64,000 nucleotides of DNA from Dehalococcoidia bacterium (GCA_022823505.1 JAJEIA010000098.1:7506-71505); one strand, 5' to 3'. Shown: positions 50,658-61,234, numbered from the stretch's first letter. Numbers and translations are program-made. Notes: generated by a model from the letters alone, not told the origin.

Positions 50658-53375
50658 ATGACTGCCTCTGCTTCCGCCATGCCCCGTGCCTACGACGCTG
50701 CCTCTGTCGAACAGCGTATTTACCAGACCTGGTGGGACGCTGGACACTTCGTACCGCGCATTGACCCTGACCGCGAACCATTTTGCGTGGTCATGCCCCC
50801 GCCCAACGTGACGGGGGAACTGCACCTGGGCCACGCCCTCACCGCCAGCCTCCAGGACTCCCTGGCCCGCTGGCACCGGATGTGCGGCGATCCGACCTTA
50901 TGGTTGCCCGGCAAGGACCATGCCGGGATCGCGACTCAGTGGGTGGTCGAACGCGCCCTGGCTGCCGAAGGCACCAGCCGGCACGACCTGGGCCGCCAGA
51001 AGTTTGAGGAACGCGTCTGGGAGTGGGTCCGCATGTACGGGAACACTATCGACGAGCAGCATCGCCGCCTGGGCGCTTCCTGCGATTGGTCCCGGCTCCG
51101 TTTCACGCTGGATCCAGGTCCGGTCCACGCCGTTCGGACCACCTTCGTGAACCTGTTCAATAAGGGCCTGATCTACCGTCACGAGCGGATCATCAACTGG
51201 TGCCCGCGCTGCGCCACTGCCCTTTCCGATCTCGAGGTCGATTACGAGGAGCAGGACGGCAAGCTCTACCGCATTCGCTACCCGTCCGCCGACAATCCCG
51301 CGGACGGGATCACCGTGGCCACCACGCGACCCGAGTCGATGCTGGGTGACACCGGCGTCGCGGTTCACCCCGACGACGAACGTTACAGCGACAAGGTTGG
51401 CGGCATGGTCACGCTGCCCATCGTGGGCCGCCAGATCCCGGTGGTGGGCGACACCGCCATTGAGATGGAGTTCGGGACCGGCGCGCTGAAGGTTACCCCC
51501 GGCCACGACATTGTCGACTTCGAAATCGGCGAACGACATAACCTGCCCATAGTCACCATAATCGGGTTCGACGGTTGCATGACCGACGAGGCCGGCCCGA
51601 AATACGCCGGAATGGAACGCTTCGCCGCCCGGACGGCCGTGGTCGCCGAGCTCGAAGCCATCGGGGTGCTGGAGGGGGTGGAAGACTACCACCACTCGGT
51701 GGGCCACTGCCAGCGCTGCAATGAGGTGGTCGAACCCCTCATCAGCCTGCAATGGTTCCTGAATGTGGGCAAGCACAACGAGCCGGGCACCATCGCCGGC
51801 AACGCCTACCGCGCCGTGGTCAACCGGGACGTCGAAATCGTGCCGGACCGGTTCTCTCGGGTGTATCTGAACTGGCTGGAGAACATCAGGGACTGGTGTA
51901 TCAGCCGGCAGCTCTGGTGGGGACATCGGATTCCGGTCTGGTACTGCGGTGCGTGTGGTGATCAGTCCGCGCACGTCGACGACCCGACGGCGTGTCCCAA
52001 GTGCGGCAGCGCCAACATCGAACAGGAAAGCGACGTCCTGGACACCTGGTTCAGCAGCGGGCTCTGGCCCCATTCGACCCTGGGATGGCCGGATGCTGAG
52101 TCGGCGGACCTGCAATACTTCTACCCCAACTCCGTGCTGGAAACGGGGTACGACATCCTGTTCTTCTGGGTCGCCCGTATGATCATGCTGGGCATCGAAA
52201 ATACGGGCGACGTCCCGTTCCGTTCGGTGTACCTTCACGGCATGGTCCTTGACGCCGAGGGCCAGAAGATGAGCAAGACCCGCGGCAACACCCTGGATCC
52301 GCTGGATCTGCTGGAGCAATACGGTACCGACGCCTTGCGTTTCGCCTTGACCACGGGTACCGCGCCCGGTAACAACCTTCGGCTCAGCGATGAAAAACTG
52401 GAATCGGCCCGCAATTTCGCCAACAAGATCTGGAACGCCGCGCGCTACGTGATCAGCGTGATCGAATCCAGGTCGGGTTCGGGCGAAGACCACCCCGGCG
52501 ACTGGTATCACCTGCCGGATCCGACCCACCGCGAGGACCGTTGGATCGTCAGCCGTCTGGACGATCTCACTGTAACCGTGAACCAGGCGCTGGGCGCATT
52601 TGAACTGGGCGAGGCGCAGCAGAAGATCTACGATTTTGCCTGGAACGACTTTTGCGACTGGTACATCGAGATGGCCAAGGTCAGGCTCCGCGCCGGTAAT
52701 TCCGTGGACGCCACCGCCGCCGCGACCACGCTGGTTCACGTGCTGGAGCGGTTGCTTCGCCTGCTGCACCCGTTCATGCCCTTCGTCACCGAGGAGATCT
52801 GGCAGAACCTCACCGCACGGGTCGCCGCACCGGACGTCGGAATAGCCGACTCCATCATGGTGTCCTCCTATCCCCGGGTGGACGCTCCGCGCTCGGCTCC
52901 GGACGCCGAGGCTGACGTGGAAATCGTGATGCAGACGGTGCGGGCAGTGCGCAATATGCGCGCCCAATTGCGGATTCCCGCGGCCCAGAAGTTGGAGGCC
53001 GCGATTGAAACCAACGGGATGAGGGCCGTCGTAGAGGAGGAGAAGGAGGTGATCTGCGCCCTGGCCCGTGTGGAACCGTTGCGCGTGCTGGACGCAGGAG
53101 ACTCGGATCCGACCTCAGGAGTCAGCCTGGTGGTCAACCCGCTGGTCGTGCGTCTGCCCCTTGAGGGGGTTGACCTGCAGGCGGAGTCCGACCGGCTGCA
53201 CCGCGAGTTGGAGTCCAAGCGTCAGGACGAAACCCGCAAGGAGCAGTTGTTGGCAAATCCCAATTTCGTTTCCAAAGCCCGTGCTGAGGTGGTTGAAAAC
53301 GAACGTCAACGGCTGCGCTCGCTTGCCGAGGAGCGCCAACGCATTGAAGACATCATCGCTCAGCTCGGTGTCTGA
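50658..53375 (+). CDS. valS: valine--tRNA ligase
   Basis: PPPNVTG.LHLGH, DWCISRQLWWGH, KMSKT, C-terminal coiled coil. Confidence 0.97.
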   Translation: MTASASAMPRAYDAASVEQRIYQTWWDAGHFVPRIDPDREPFCVVMPPPNVTGELHLGHALTASLQDSLARWHRMCGDPTLWLPGKDHAGIATQWVVERALAAEGTSRHDLGRQKFEERVWEWVRMYGNTIDEQHRRLGASCDWSRLRFTLDPGPVHAVRTTFVNLFNKGLIYRHERIINWCPRCATALSDLEVDYEEQDGKLYRIRYPSADNPADGITVATTRPESMLGDTGVAVHPDDERYSDKVGGMVTLPIVGRQIPVVGDTAIEMEFGTGALKVTPGHDIVDFEIGERHNLPIVTIIGFDGCMTDEAGPKYAGMERFAARTAVVAELEAIGVLEGVEDYHHSVGHCQRCNEVVEPLISLQWFLNVGKHNEPGTIAGNAYRAVVNRDVEIVPDRFSRVYLNWLENIRDWCISRQLWWGHRIPVWYCGACGDQSAHVDDPTACPKCGSANIEQESDVLDTWFSSGLWPHSTLGWPDAESADLQYFYPNSVLETGYDILFFWVARMIMLGIENTGDVPFRSVYLHGMVLDAEGQKMSKTRGNTLDPLDLLEQYGTDALRFALTTGTAPGNNLRLSDEKLESARNFANKIWNAARYVISVIESRSGSGEDHPGDWYHLPDPTHREDRWIVSRLDDLTVTVNQALGAFELGEAQQKIYDFAWNDFCDWYIEMAKVRLRAGNSVDATAAATTLVHVLERLLRLLHPFMPFVTEEIWQNLTARVAAPDVGIADSIMVSSYPRVDAPRSAPDAEADVEIVMQTVRAVRNMRAQLRIPAAQKLEAAIETNGMRAVVEEEKEVICALARVEPLRVLDAGDSDPTSGVSLVVNPLVVRLPLEGVDLQAESDRLHRELESKRQDETRKEQLLANPNFVSKARAEVVENERQRLRSLAEERQRIEDIIAQLGV

Positions 53376-53480
53376 CCCAAGATTGCCATAATCTGCACGC
53401 GACGCTTGGAGCATCCAGAGTCTCAAACTGGCAAAATATCTTCCGTGGATATATATATCGCCCTGAGCAGGAGTCCCTCG

Positions 53481-54134
53481 ATGTCACGCAACGTCGCACG
53501 GTTTTCGATTTTAGGTGTAATCGCCGTACTTGTCATCGCTGCCACCACCGGCTGTTTCTTTGGAGGTGGGGAAGAGCCTGAACCCACTTCTACTCCCGAC
53601 CTCGCGGCCACCATTGCCGCCGCCGCCGTCGCAGCAGCGGTTCCCACCGAAACTCCCATACCACCAACCAATACCCCGGAGCCTCCTACGCCCGAGCCGA
53701 CGCCAGACCTGGCGGCGACCGTCACCGCCAGGTTAGCCGCGGCCGAGGCGGCGCGACCCACGGCTACCCCTGTGCCTACGCCGACCCCGATGCCCACCAG
53801 CACTCCTGAGCCCACGGCCATGCCGGCTCCAACCGCGGTTCCTACCTCCACTCCCATTGGCAACCCGGCGAGCCAGATCCCGTGCGTCGTCGTTGGCATC
53901 GTTACCGATGCGGGAGAGCCGGTCTTCAACGCGCCGATCCTGGCCATCAGCAAAGACGGCAACAACCGGGTCGTGGCTGACGCCAGGTCCGATCGGGATG
54001 GCCGGTACCAGCTTTCCATCACCGAGTTCGATCAGTTCTTCGATATCTTTATCGGTAGCGACGACACCGGAGTGGATACGCCGAGGACTTCCACCGGCTG
54101 CCGCGAAATCCGCAACCTGAATGTGCCCAACTAG
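53481..54134 (+). CDS. Pro/Thr-rich lipoprotein with C-terminal beta-sandwich (carboxypeptidase-regulatory-like) domain
   Basis: TTGC lipobox, PT repeats, two PDLAAT motifs, GxV.D.G.P...DGRY. Confidence 0.72.
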   Translation: MSRNVARFSILGVIAVLVIAATTGCFFGGGEEPEPTSTPDLAATIAAAAVAAAVPTETPIPPTNTPEPPTPEPTPDLAATVTARLAAAEAARPTATPVPTPTPMPTSTPEPTAMPAPTAVPTSTPIGNPASQIPCVVVGIVTDAGEPVFNAPILAISKDGNNRVVADARSDRDGRYQLSITEFDQFFDIFIGSDDTGVDTPRTSTGCREIRNLNVPN

Positions 54135-54154
54135 CGCGCAGCGACGCTCTTTCG

Positions 54155-54186
54155 GCCCCGGAGGAATACAACCTCCGGGGCTTTCT
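54155..54186 (+). terminator. Rho-independent terminator
   Basis: GCCCCGGAGG-loop-CCTCCGGGGC-TTTCT. Confidence 0.7.
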
Positions 54187-54248
54187 GCTCTCTGGTAGAA
54201 TGTCGCGACTCCACCTCCGGTTGTGTTCCGGGTTGGCCACGGTCTGGC

Positions 54249-55121
54249 ATGAAGATTAACTCCACTCTCGGCATCATCGGCTATCCCATCGGCCACTCCG
54301 TTTCCCCGCGGTTCCAGCAGGCCGGGTTGGACCATCTCGCGGTCGATCACCAATACCTACCCTACGAGGTCCCGCCTGATTTGGTTGCCGATTTCGTCGC
54401 CTCCCTCCGTTCCGACCCCGCGCGGGGGATCAACGTCACCGTTCCGCACAAGGAGGCGGTGATGCCGTTCCTGGACGAGATTGACGAGTGGGCGGCCGAG
54501 GCAGGGGCCGTAAACACCATTGTCAACCGCGGCGGCCGCCTGGTCGGCTACAACACCGACGGCTACGGTTTCCTTCGGGCGCTCCGCGAGTCGGCCGGTC
54601 TGGATCCCGCCGGCAAACGCGCACTGATCCTGGGAGCCGGTGGATCGGCGCGCGGCGTGGTGCAGGCGCTGCTCCGGGCCGGCGTCGCAGAGCTCGTCAT
54701 CGCGAACCGTACCCTGGAGCGCGCCGCAGCGCTGGCCGACCTCGCCGCCAACCGCGATGTGCCCGCCCGGGCCGTTGAGCTGAACGCCCTGGCGACGGAC
54801 GGCGTTCCCCGGGAAACCGACCTCATTGTCAACTGCACGTCGCTGGGCATGCACCACGGACCCGACGAATCCGCTTCGCCCATGGCGGCGGCGCGGATCC
54901 CGCCGACGGCTCTGGTCTACGACCTCGTGTATAATCCCATGCTGACCCCGCTGCTCAGGGAGGCGCACTCGGTTGGAGCCCCGACCCTGGGCGGCATCTC
55001 AATGCTGGTTTATCAGGGCGCAGCGTCTTTTGAGCTGTGGCTGGAGAGGCGCGCGCCGGTGTCAGTGATGATGGAAGCGGCCATGGCTGCGATGCGCGAA
55101 CGCGAAACCCAGGTACCGTAG
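54249..55121 (+). CDS. aroE: shikimate dehydrogenase
   Basis: GYPIGHS.SP, NVTVPHK, GAVNT, NTDG, GAGG. Confidence 0.96.
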   Translation: MKINSTLGIIGYPIGHSVSPRFQQAGLDHLAVDHQYLPYEVPPDLVADFVASLRSDPARGINVTVPHKEAVMPFLDEIDEWAAEAGAVNTIVNRGGRLVGYNTDGYGFLRALRESAGLDPAGKRALILGAGGSARGVVQALLRAGVAELVIANRTLERAAALADLAANRDVPARAVELNALATDGVPRETDLIVNCTSLGMHHGPDESASPMAAARIPPTALVYDLVYNPMLTPLLREAHSVGAPTLGGISMLVYQGAASFELWLERRAPVSVMMEAAMAAMRERETQVP

Positions 55122-55146
55122 CCCGATTCCAGGAGGCTATAACTCG

Positions 55147-56334
55147 ATGATACGATGGTTTACGGCCGGCGAGTCCCATGGTCAGGGCTTGATGATTATC
55201 GTTGAGGGCGTGCCAGCCTACCTGCCGCTGGATGAGGAGTACATTGCTCACCATCTGGGTCGTCGTCAGCGCGGTTATGGTCGCGGCGGGCGTCAGCAGA
55301 TCGAGCGCGACCATGCCCACATCCAGACCGGCGTTCGCCACGGGTACACCCTCGGCAGCCCCATCGGTATGCTGCTCGAGAACCGGGACTGGGTCAACTG
55401 GCAGGACGCCATGGCCGTCGAGTACGTCGAGAATCCATCCCAGGAAGGCCGCAACCAGCGCGTCACTCGAATTCGCCCCGGCCACGCTGATCTGCCCGGC
55501 GCGATGAAGTACGGGTTCCACGACGTCCGCAACTCCTTGGAGCGCGCTTCCGCCCGGGAGACCGCCGGACGCGTGGCCGCCGGCGCCGTGGCTATGCGCC
55601 TGCTTGAGGAATTCGGCATCAAGCTGCACAGCCACGTCATTTCCATTGGCCGAATCCACGCCGATCCTCCGGAACACGACGCCATCGACTGGGACGCGGT
55701 GGAAGAATCGCCCGTCCATTGCGCCGACCACAAGGCTGCCGATCTGATGATGGCCGAGGTGGACGCCGCGCGGGATGCCGGCGACACCGTCGGCGGCACG
55801 GTGGAAGTCATCGCGGAAAACGTGCCCATCGGCCTCGGGTCCCATGTCCACTGGGATCGCAAGATCGACGCCAAGATCGCTCAGGCGCTCATGAGCATCA
55901 ACGCCGTCAAGGCCGTCAGCATCGGCCCTGGCTGGGAGTTGATGGACGCCTGGGGCTCCGAGTTCCAGGATGTCATCGAGCCGGTAACCGATCCGGACAA
56001 CCCCTGGCAGCGCAGGACCAACCGCGCTGGCGGAACCGAAGGCGGTATGACCAGCGGCCCGCCCCTGGTGGCCCGGTTTGTCATCAAGCCCATTGCCACC
56101 CTGCATAACCCGCTGCCGTCGGTGGACCTGGATACCGGTGAGCCGGTCCAGGCCCATTTCGAGCGCAGCGACGTGTGCCAGGCGCCGCCGGCCGGCGTCA
56201 TCGGCGAGGCAATGGTTGCCCTGGTACTGGCCGATGCCTTCATGGAGAAGTTCGGCGGCGACAGCATCTCGGAGACCCGCCGCAACTTCGAGGGTTACCA
56301 GGCCACCGTGGGCCCCCGCCTGCGTTATAGCTGA
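55147..56334 (+). CDS. aroC: chorismate synthase
   Basis: TAGESHG, RPGHAD, ERASARET, GGTEGG, KPIAT, ERSD. Confidence 0.97.
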   Translation: MIRWFTAGESHGQGLMIIVEGVPAYLPLDEEYIAHHLGRRQRGYGRGGRQQIERDHAHIQTGVRHGYTLGSPIGMLLENRDWVNWQDAMAVEYVENPSQEGRNQRVTRIRPGHADLPGAMKYGFHDVRNSLERASARETAGRVAAGAVAMRLLEEFGIKLHSHVISIGRIHADPPEHDAIDWDAVEESPVHCADHKAADLMMAEVDAARDAGDTVGGTVEVIAENVPIGLGSHVHWDRKIDAKIAQALMSINAVKAVSIGPGWELMDAWGSEFQDVIEPVTDPDNPWQRRTNRAGGTEGGMTSGPPLVARFVIKPIATLHNPLPSVDLDTGEPVQAHFERSDVCQAPPAGVIGEAMVALVLADAFMEKFGGDSISETRRNFEGYQATVGPRLRYS

Positions 56335-56369
56335 TCGCCTCTCGACTTGGCACCCGGTCCCAACGAGCA

Positions 56370-57371
56370 ATGAAGTACGGCGTAACGCTTCTACCCAGTT
56401 CCTATGAATCGTTCCGCCGCCACGTGCGCCTGGCCGAGGACGTGGGGTTCGACTATATCGGCGTTGCCGACTCCCAATCGCTTTTTCGTGAGCTCTTCGT
56501 CTCGCTGGCTGTGGCCGCCACCGACACGTCGCGAGTTCACCTGGGCCCGTCCGTCACCAACCCATTGACCCGGCACCCGGCCGTGACCGCCTCGGCCATC
56601 GCATCGTTGCACGAACTGTCCGAGGGGCGGGCCTTTCTTGGCATCGGCACCGGCGACAGCGCAATTCTGAACCTGGGGCTCCGGCCGGCCCGGATGCGCG
56701 CGCTCCGCGAGTACATCACCGCCGTTCGAGCTTTCCTGTCCGGCGAAAACGCGGAGTACCTGGGCCGCGAGGCCCACGTGCGCTGGAGCCGCGAACCCGT
56801 GCCCATCATGATGTCGGCCGAAGGGCCGCGGACCCTGCGCATGGCCGGCGCCATTGCCGACCGCGTCATGATCCACACCGGGCTCACGCCGGAGATATTG
56901 GACGACACGGTGTCGAGCATCCGGGAAGGCGAGACCGACGCCGGAAAGCCGGTGGGAGCCACCGAAGTCTGGGCTTTCGCCAAGTGCAACATCGCCGACG
57001 ATCGCGCCGACGCCATCGAAGAAATCCGCATGGCACTGGCCGCCAGCGCTCACCACGCCTTCCGCTTCACGCTTGAAGGCAAGCACGTCCCGCCTGAGCT
57101 TCACGAGGCCATGCAGATCATCCAGGGAGAGTACGTCCCGGCCGAGCACGAGCAGGTTGGCGAGACCCGCAACGCGGCCCTGTCCGACGAGCTTGGTGTG
57201 ACCGACTATCTGGCCGACCGGTTCGCCGTCGTCGGCACGCCAGAGGAATGTCGCGCTAAGGTCGGCCAGATCAGCCAGTCCGGCGCAGATGTCCTGCAGA
57301 TCACCGCCATCAGTCACGACCCGGCGGACATCATTCGCAGGTTTGGCGAGGAAGTGATCGCAAAAATGTAG
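56370..57371 (+). CDS. LLM-class oxidoreductase (Mer-like, probably F420-dependent)
   Basis: VADSQ, VTNPLTRHP, SEGRAFLGIGTGD, GPRTL. Confidence 0.88.
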   Translation: MKYGVTLLPSSYESFRRHVRLAEDVGFDYIGVADSQSLFRELFVSLAVAATDTSRVHLGPSVTNPLTRHPAVTASAIASLHELSEGRAFLGIGTGDSAILNLGLRPARMRALREYITAVRAFLSGENAEYLGREAHVRWSREPVPIMMSAEGPRTLRMAGAIADRVMIHTGLTPEILDDTVSSIREGETDAGKPVGATEVWAFAKCNIADDRADAIEEIRMALAASAHHAFRFTLEGKHVPPELHEAMQIIQGEYVPAEHEQVGETRNAALSDELGVTDYLADRFAVVGTPEECRAKVGQISQSGADVLQITAISHDPADIIRRFGEEVIAKM

Positions 57372-57392
57372 GGGCGAACGGTAATTCGCCCC
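57368..57392 (+). repeat. GTAG-type REP-like palindrome between convergent genes
   Basis: GTAGGGGCGAA-CGGTAA-TTCGCCCC. Confidence 0.55.
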
Positions 57393-57419
57393 CAGGGGAT
57401 GCGATTCTGTTGCGGCCGT

Positions 57420-57644
57420 CTACGGGAACAGGATTTCTCCGGTCTCCGCGTCCTCCACGGTAATCGCCGTCACCGGGCAGTTCTCCGCCGCCTCGATAAT
57501 GGTTTCCTCCGGGTCACCGGCTGGGTCCTTCACATAGGACTGCCGGTCGTCATTCAGTCCGAAAGTGTTTTCCGCGAAGGTCTCGCACATGGCGTTGCCC
57601 ACGCACACGTTGTAATCCACGGTGATTTTTAGCTGTCGGGCCAT
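57420..57644 (-). CDS. ferredoxin (probable 3Fe-4S, P450 partner)
   Basis: CVGNAMC...CP; GAGGAGG RBS; directly downstream of the P450s. Confidence 0.93.
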   Translation of the reverse strand: MARQLKITVDYNVCVGNAMCETFAENTFGLNDDRQSYVKDPAGDPEETIIEAAENCPVTAITVEDAETGEILFP

Positions 57645-57713
57645 CGGGGTAACCTCCTCGTGATGGTCAGGCGAATGAAAATGTTCGCGGGTTTTGCAAG
57701 CGGCGGCCGGTGG

Positions 57714-58943
57714 TCAGCGTGTCGCAACCGGCAGGTTCAACAAGGTGCGCTGCCCCACGCTGGGCAGGTATTCCAGTTCGTTCGGATCGGTCTCCAGCTC
57801 AAACCCTTCGAACCGGCGGGCCAGTTCGGCGAAGGCTTCCTGCCCCTCCAGCCGGGCCAGGGTCGCTCCCAGGCAATGGTGTACACCGCTGCCGAAGGAG
57901 ACGTGAGGGTTCGGGCTTCGCGTGATGTCGAGCCCGTCGGGGTCATCGAAAACCTCGGGGTCTCGGTTGGCGGATGAGATCACCCACCGCACGCGATCAT
58001 CCTTGCCCACTCGCTGCCCGTCGCTCATCTCCACGTTCTGCGTCGCGACTCTCTGGATCGACTTCAGCGGCGAGTCGAACCTCAGCACTTCCTCGACCGC
58101 GTTTACGATGTGGGCGTCGGGGTCGGTTCTCAGCAGGTCGAACTGGTCGGAGTGTTGAGCGAAGGCCAGCACTCCGTTGGAAATCAGATCGTTGGTGGTT
58201 TCGTGGCCGGCCACCAGCAGCAACAGGGCGTTGGCCAGGACCTCGTCGCGGGTGTACGCCCCCATGATCTCGCCCTTGCAGATCACCGACAGCAGGTCAT
58301 CGCCCGGCTCCCGGACCCGTTCGGCCACGATGGGCGCCAGGTAGTCGGTTACCGCCTGCACGCCTTCGGCATACATCCTGATCCGGTCGGGCTGGTTGCC
58401 GTCGAACCCGCACATCCGCCCGCACAGCTCCTTGACGAAGGCCCGGTCGCTGGGCGGGATGTCCATCAGGCCCGCGATGATGCTGTACGTGAGCGGCGTG
58501 GCGAAGTCGTGCATCACGTCCATCCGCCCGGCGCCCTGCAACTCGTCCAGCAGGTCATTCACCGTTTGACGCACCAGCGGACGCCAGGTCTCCATGGCCT
58601 TGGGCGTGAAATACCCATGGACAATCTTGCGCTTTTCCTTGTGTTTCGCGCCGTCGTTCTGGGTGAACTGGGCCGCTCTCCACTGACGCACCGCAGCGAA
58701 TAGTTCCATGTCTTCTTCGGGGATTGACGGAGAAGGCGGGGCGTTGTCCCGCAGCGCGACTTCCGAGGAAAAGTACTCGGGATGCCGGGCCGTCCAGACC
58801 AACTGCTCATAGCTGGTCACCACCCACATCTGATATTGCTCATTCCAGTGCACCGGCGCTTCCGACCGCAACGCTCCAAAATAGCTGTACGGATCGCGAA
58901 TCGCCTCGGCGGAGAACAGGTCGTCGTGGATGTTGGCGGGCAT
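57714..58943 (-). CDS. cytochrome P450
   Basis: AGHETT, EEVLR, FGSGVHHCLG. Confidence 0.96.
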   Translation of the reverse strand: MPANIHDDLFSAEAIRDPYSYFGALRSEAPVHWNEQYQMWVVTSYEQLVWTARHPEYFSSEVALRDNAPPSPSIPEEDMELFAAVRQWRAAQFTQNDGAKHKEKRKIVHGYFTPKAMETWRPLVRQTVNDLLDELQGAGRMDVMHDFATPLTYSIIAGLMDIPPSDRAFVKELCGRMCGFDGNQPDRIRMYAEGVQAVTDYLAPIVAERVREPGDDLLSVICKGEIMGAYTRDEVLANALLLLVAGHETTNDLISNGVLAFAQHSDQFDLLRTDPDAHIVNAVEEVLRFDSPLKSIQRVATQNVEMSDGQRVGKDDRVRWVISSANRDPEVFDDPDGLDITRSPNPHVSFGSGVHHCLGATLARLEGQEAFAELARRFEGFELETDPNELEYLPSVGQRTLLNLPVATR

Positions 58944-59079
58944 GTTGAACCCCTCAGTGGGCGGTCGTGGGTGCGCTCAAAATTATCACAAGCGATGTTA
59001 CAATTCAAACAGTGGGATCCATCTTGTAATCCCCGATCAAACGGACATAGCCTTCCAGCACTGGGATAGGCTCGCTACC

Positions 59080-59427
59080 ATGGCTAGAGTCTTACTGCGA
59101 ATTGCAGTTCTAACCGAGAACAGATCTGATCACTGGGCCTGTCGATCGCCCGAGTTCGGATTTACGGTGTACGGCGCGACCCGTGAATCCGCCAAATCGG
59201 AAGTGAACAAAGCCCTTACAGCATTGCTTGGGAGTTTTCACGGGGACTTGGAGGGCATTGAGCGCTTCGTGAAAAAGCGCGGGGTAAAGCACTTCAGCAT
59301 TGTTCCAGACGACCAGGACACTTCAGCGGCACGTGATCTGCTCCGGACGGGTTACGATGGAGAACCACGTGTTGGACAGCCCCACGGGCCGGTGGAAACG
59401 AGCCTCGAGGAAGTACTCGTTGCCTGA
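59080..59427 (+). CDS. HicB-like antitoxin domain protein
   Basis: WACRSPEFGFTVYGATRESAKSEVNKAL resembles the HicB partial RNase H fold. Confidence 0.6.
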   Translation: MARVLLRIAVLTENRSDHWACRSPEFGFTVYGATRESAKSEVNKALTALLGSFHGDLEGIERFVKKRGVKHFSIVPDDQDTSAARDLLRTGYDGEPRVGQPHGPVETSLEEVLVA

Positions 59428-59665
59428 TGACCGGCAACTGAACTGGTTAGAAGTTTCCGGGATCCTGGCGCGGCTGGACATCCAGGAAATCGAGCGATTT
59501 GGAAACTATGCAGTTTTCGCCGGCAGACACCTTGATGACCCGATAACCGTGGTAGTCGATGGATGGGACATCCCGTTCGAAGACCTTGTCTACAACCTTT
59601 CGACGATTGGCATTAGCAGGATTGAGATAGAAGCCGCATTGGAATCGCTGTACAGCGACCATTAG
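59420..59665 (+). CDS. HicA-like small protein (degenerate)
   Basis: LNWLEVSGILARLDIQEIERFGNYAVF...GISRIE; overlaps the HicB-like ORF by 8 nt. Confidence 0.45.
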   Translation: MPDDRQLNWLEVSGILARLDIQEIERFGNYAVFAGRHLDDPITVVVDGWDIPFEDLVYNLSTIGISRIEIEAALESLYSDH

Positions 59666-59684
59666 CTGGGAGAGGGGAAGAAGT

Positions 59685-59715
59685 GGGCCGACAGTCGAGT
59701 TGGGACTGTCGGCCC
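59685..59715. terminator. hairpin between convergent genes (probable bidirectional terminator)
   Basis: GGGCCGACAGTC-N7-GACTGTCGGCCC followed by TTT. Confidence 0.7.
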
Positions 59716-59746
59716 TTTGCGCTTCCAGTATTGAGAGTGACGGCTG

Positions 59747-61018
59747 TTACGCGCTCGTCACCTTGACGGGCAGGCTCTCCACCGCGCGGAAGGTGAGCAC
59801 GTGGTCATACTCGACCTCTTCCACGGGAATTTCCAACTCGACCTTCTCGAACCGGTTGGCCAGGTTCCGGAAGATCTCCTGACCCTCCAGGCGTGCCAGC
59901 GTGGCGCCCAGGCAGTGGTGGACACCGCTGCCGAACGCGACGTGCTGGTTCGGGTACCGCTCGATGTCAAAGTCATCGGCGCGGTCGAACACCTTGGGGT
60001 CACGGTTGGCGCCGGGAATGAACCAGCGGACGCGGTCGTTCTTCTTGATCAACTGGCCGTTCAGCTCGATGTCATCCATCGCAATGCGCTGGATTGACCG
60101 CACCGGCGAGTCGTACCGAAGGGCTTCCTCGGTGGCGCGAACGGTCTTGCCTTCCGGATCGGACTTCAGGATCGCCCACTGTTCCGGGTGCTGGGTGAAT
60201 GCCAGCGTGCCGTTGCAGATCAGGTTGATGGTCGTCTCGTGTCCGGCGGACAACAACAGCATGATGTTGTTGACAGTCATGTCCCGGTTGAACACGCCCT
60301 GACGCTCACCCTCGCAGACCACGGACATCAGGTCGGTGGCGTCGAAGTTCTCGGGATTGTTGACCCGGTCCTCCACCATCGGGGCGATGAAGTCCTGCAG
60401 GTTTCGCACTGCCTGGGTCAGCGGCTTCATGCGGTCGGGACCCTCGCGGTTGAGGAAGCGCAGGTCCTTGGCCAGCTCACGGAGGCGCTCGCGCTCGCTG
60501 TCGGGTATGCCGAGCATCCGCGCGATGACCAGCAGGGGCAGCGGCGTGGCCAGGTCGGCCATCACGTCCATCCGACCCTTTTCTTCCACGGCGTCCAGCA
60601 ACTCGTCGATGGCCGACTGCACCAGGGGCCGCCACATTTCAATGGACTTCGGCGTGAAGTAGCCGTGCATCACCCGGCGCATGTCGACATGGTCGGAGCC
60701 GCTGACGTCGGGGTTGTACCGGCGCTGGTCATGCTGGATGAACCGGGAGACCTGCCACTTCTTGATGAAGTTGTAGAGTTCCAGGTCGTCTTCGTCAATG
60801 GGTGGGTTCGGGGCGCGGGTGTCCCGCGCGTACACGCTGGACGAGAACGCCTCCGGGTGCCGGGTGACCCAGACGAGGTGTTCCCACGAGGTAACCATCC
60901 ATACCTCGAACTGCTCGTTGTAATACACCGGCTGGTGCTCCCGGAGCCGGTTGTAAAAGTCGTACGGCTTGTAAATCGCTTCCGGCGAAAACGGATTGTC
61001 GTTAAAGGTCGTAACCAT
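59747..61018 (-). CDS. cytochrome P450
   Basis: AGHETT, EEALR, FGSGVHHCLG; GGAGG RBS before ATG 61018. Confidence 0.96.
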   Translation of the reverse strand: MVTTFNDNPFSPEAIYKPYDFYNRLREHQPVYYNEQFEVWMVTSWEHLVWVTRHPEAFSSSVYARDTRAPNPPIDEDDLELYNFIKKWQVSRFIQHDQRRYNPDVSGSDHVDMRRVMHGYFTPKSIEMWRPLVQSAIDELLDAVEEKGRMDVMADLATPLPLLVIARMLGIPDSERERLRELAKDLRFLNREGPDRMKPLTQAVRNLQDFIAPMVEDRVNNPENFDATDLMSVVCEGERQGVFNRDMTVNNIMLLLSAGHETTINLICNGTLAFTQHPEQWAILKSDPEGKTVRATEEALRYDSPVRSIQRIAMDDIELNGQLIKKNDRVRWFIPGANRDPKVFDRADDFDIERYPNQHVAFGSGVHHCLGATLARLEGQEIFRNLANRFEKVELEIPVEEVEYDHVLTFRAVESLPVKVTSA

Positions 61019-61173
61019 TGGCTGGTACCTCCGGTGGTACGATGACGCGGCCGCGGTCCGAAGAGCCCGCAACCCTTCTGGATTGCCCGATTATAACCGA
61101 TTTCCGCCTCGATTGGAGACGTGCGTGTCCCATTTCGCCCTGACCGGGCCGCTCCCGGCATGGTCAGCAAAAG

Positions 61174-61208
61174 GCGGCAGGGACGGGCATGACACCCATC
61201 CCTGCCGC
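61174..61208 (-). terminator. terminator-like hairpin between P450 genes
   Basis: GCGGCAGGGACGGG...CCCATCCCTGCCGC with AAAA on the left (U-tract on the minus strand). Confidence 0.7.
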
Positions 61209-61234
61209 TCTGAATCCGGATGCCCGACGCGCAT

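Noticed and set aside
50898-52967. 689-aa minus-strand ORF (likewise 27476..29131, 33113..34633, 42236..43720, 61220..62647)
   Set aside because: Antisense to well-supported genes; expected from GC3 bias.
53570-53860. Low-complexity DNA repeat
   Set aside because: Explained by the Pro/Thr linker of a lipoprotein.
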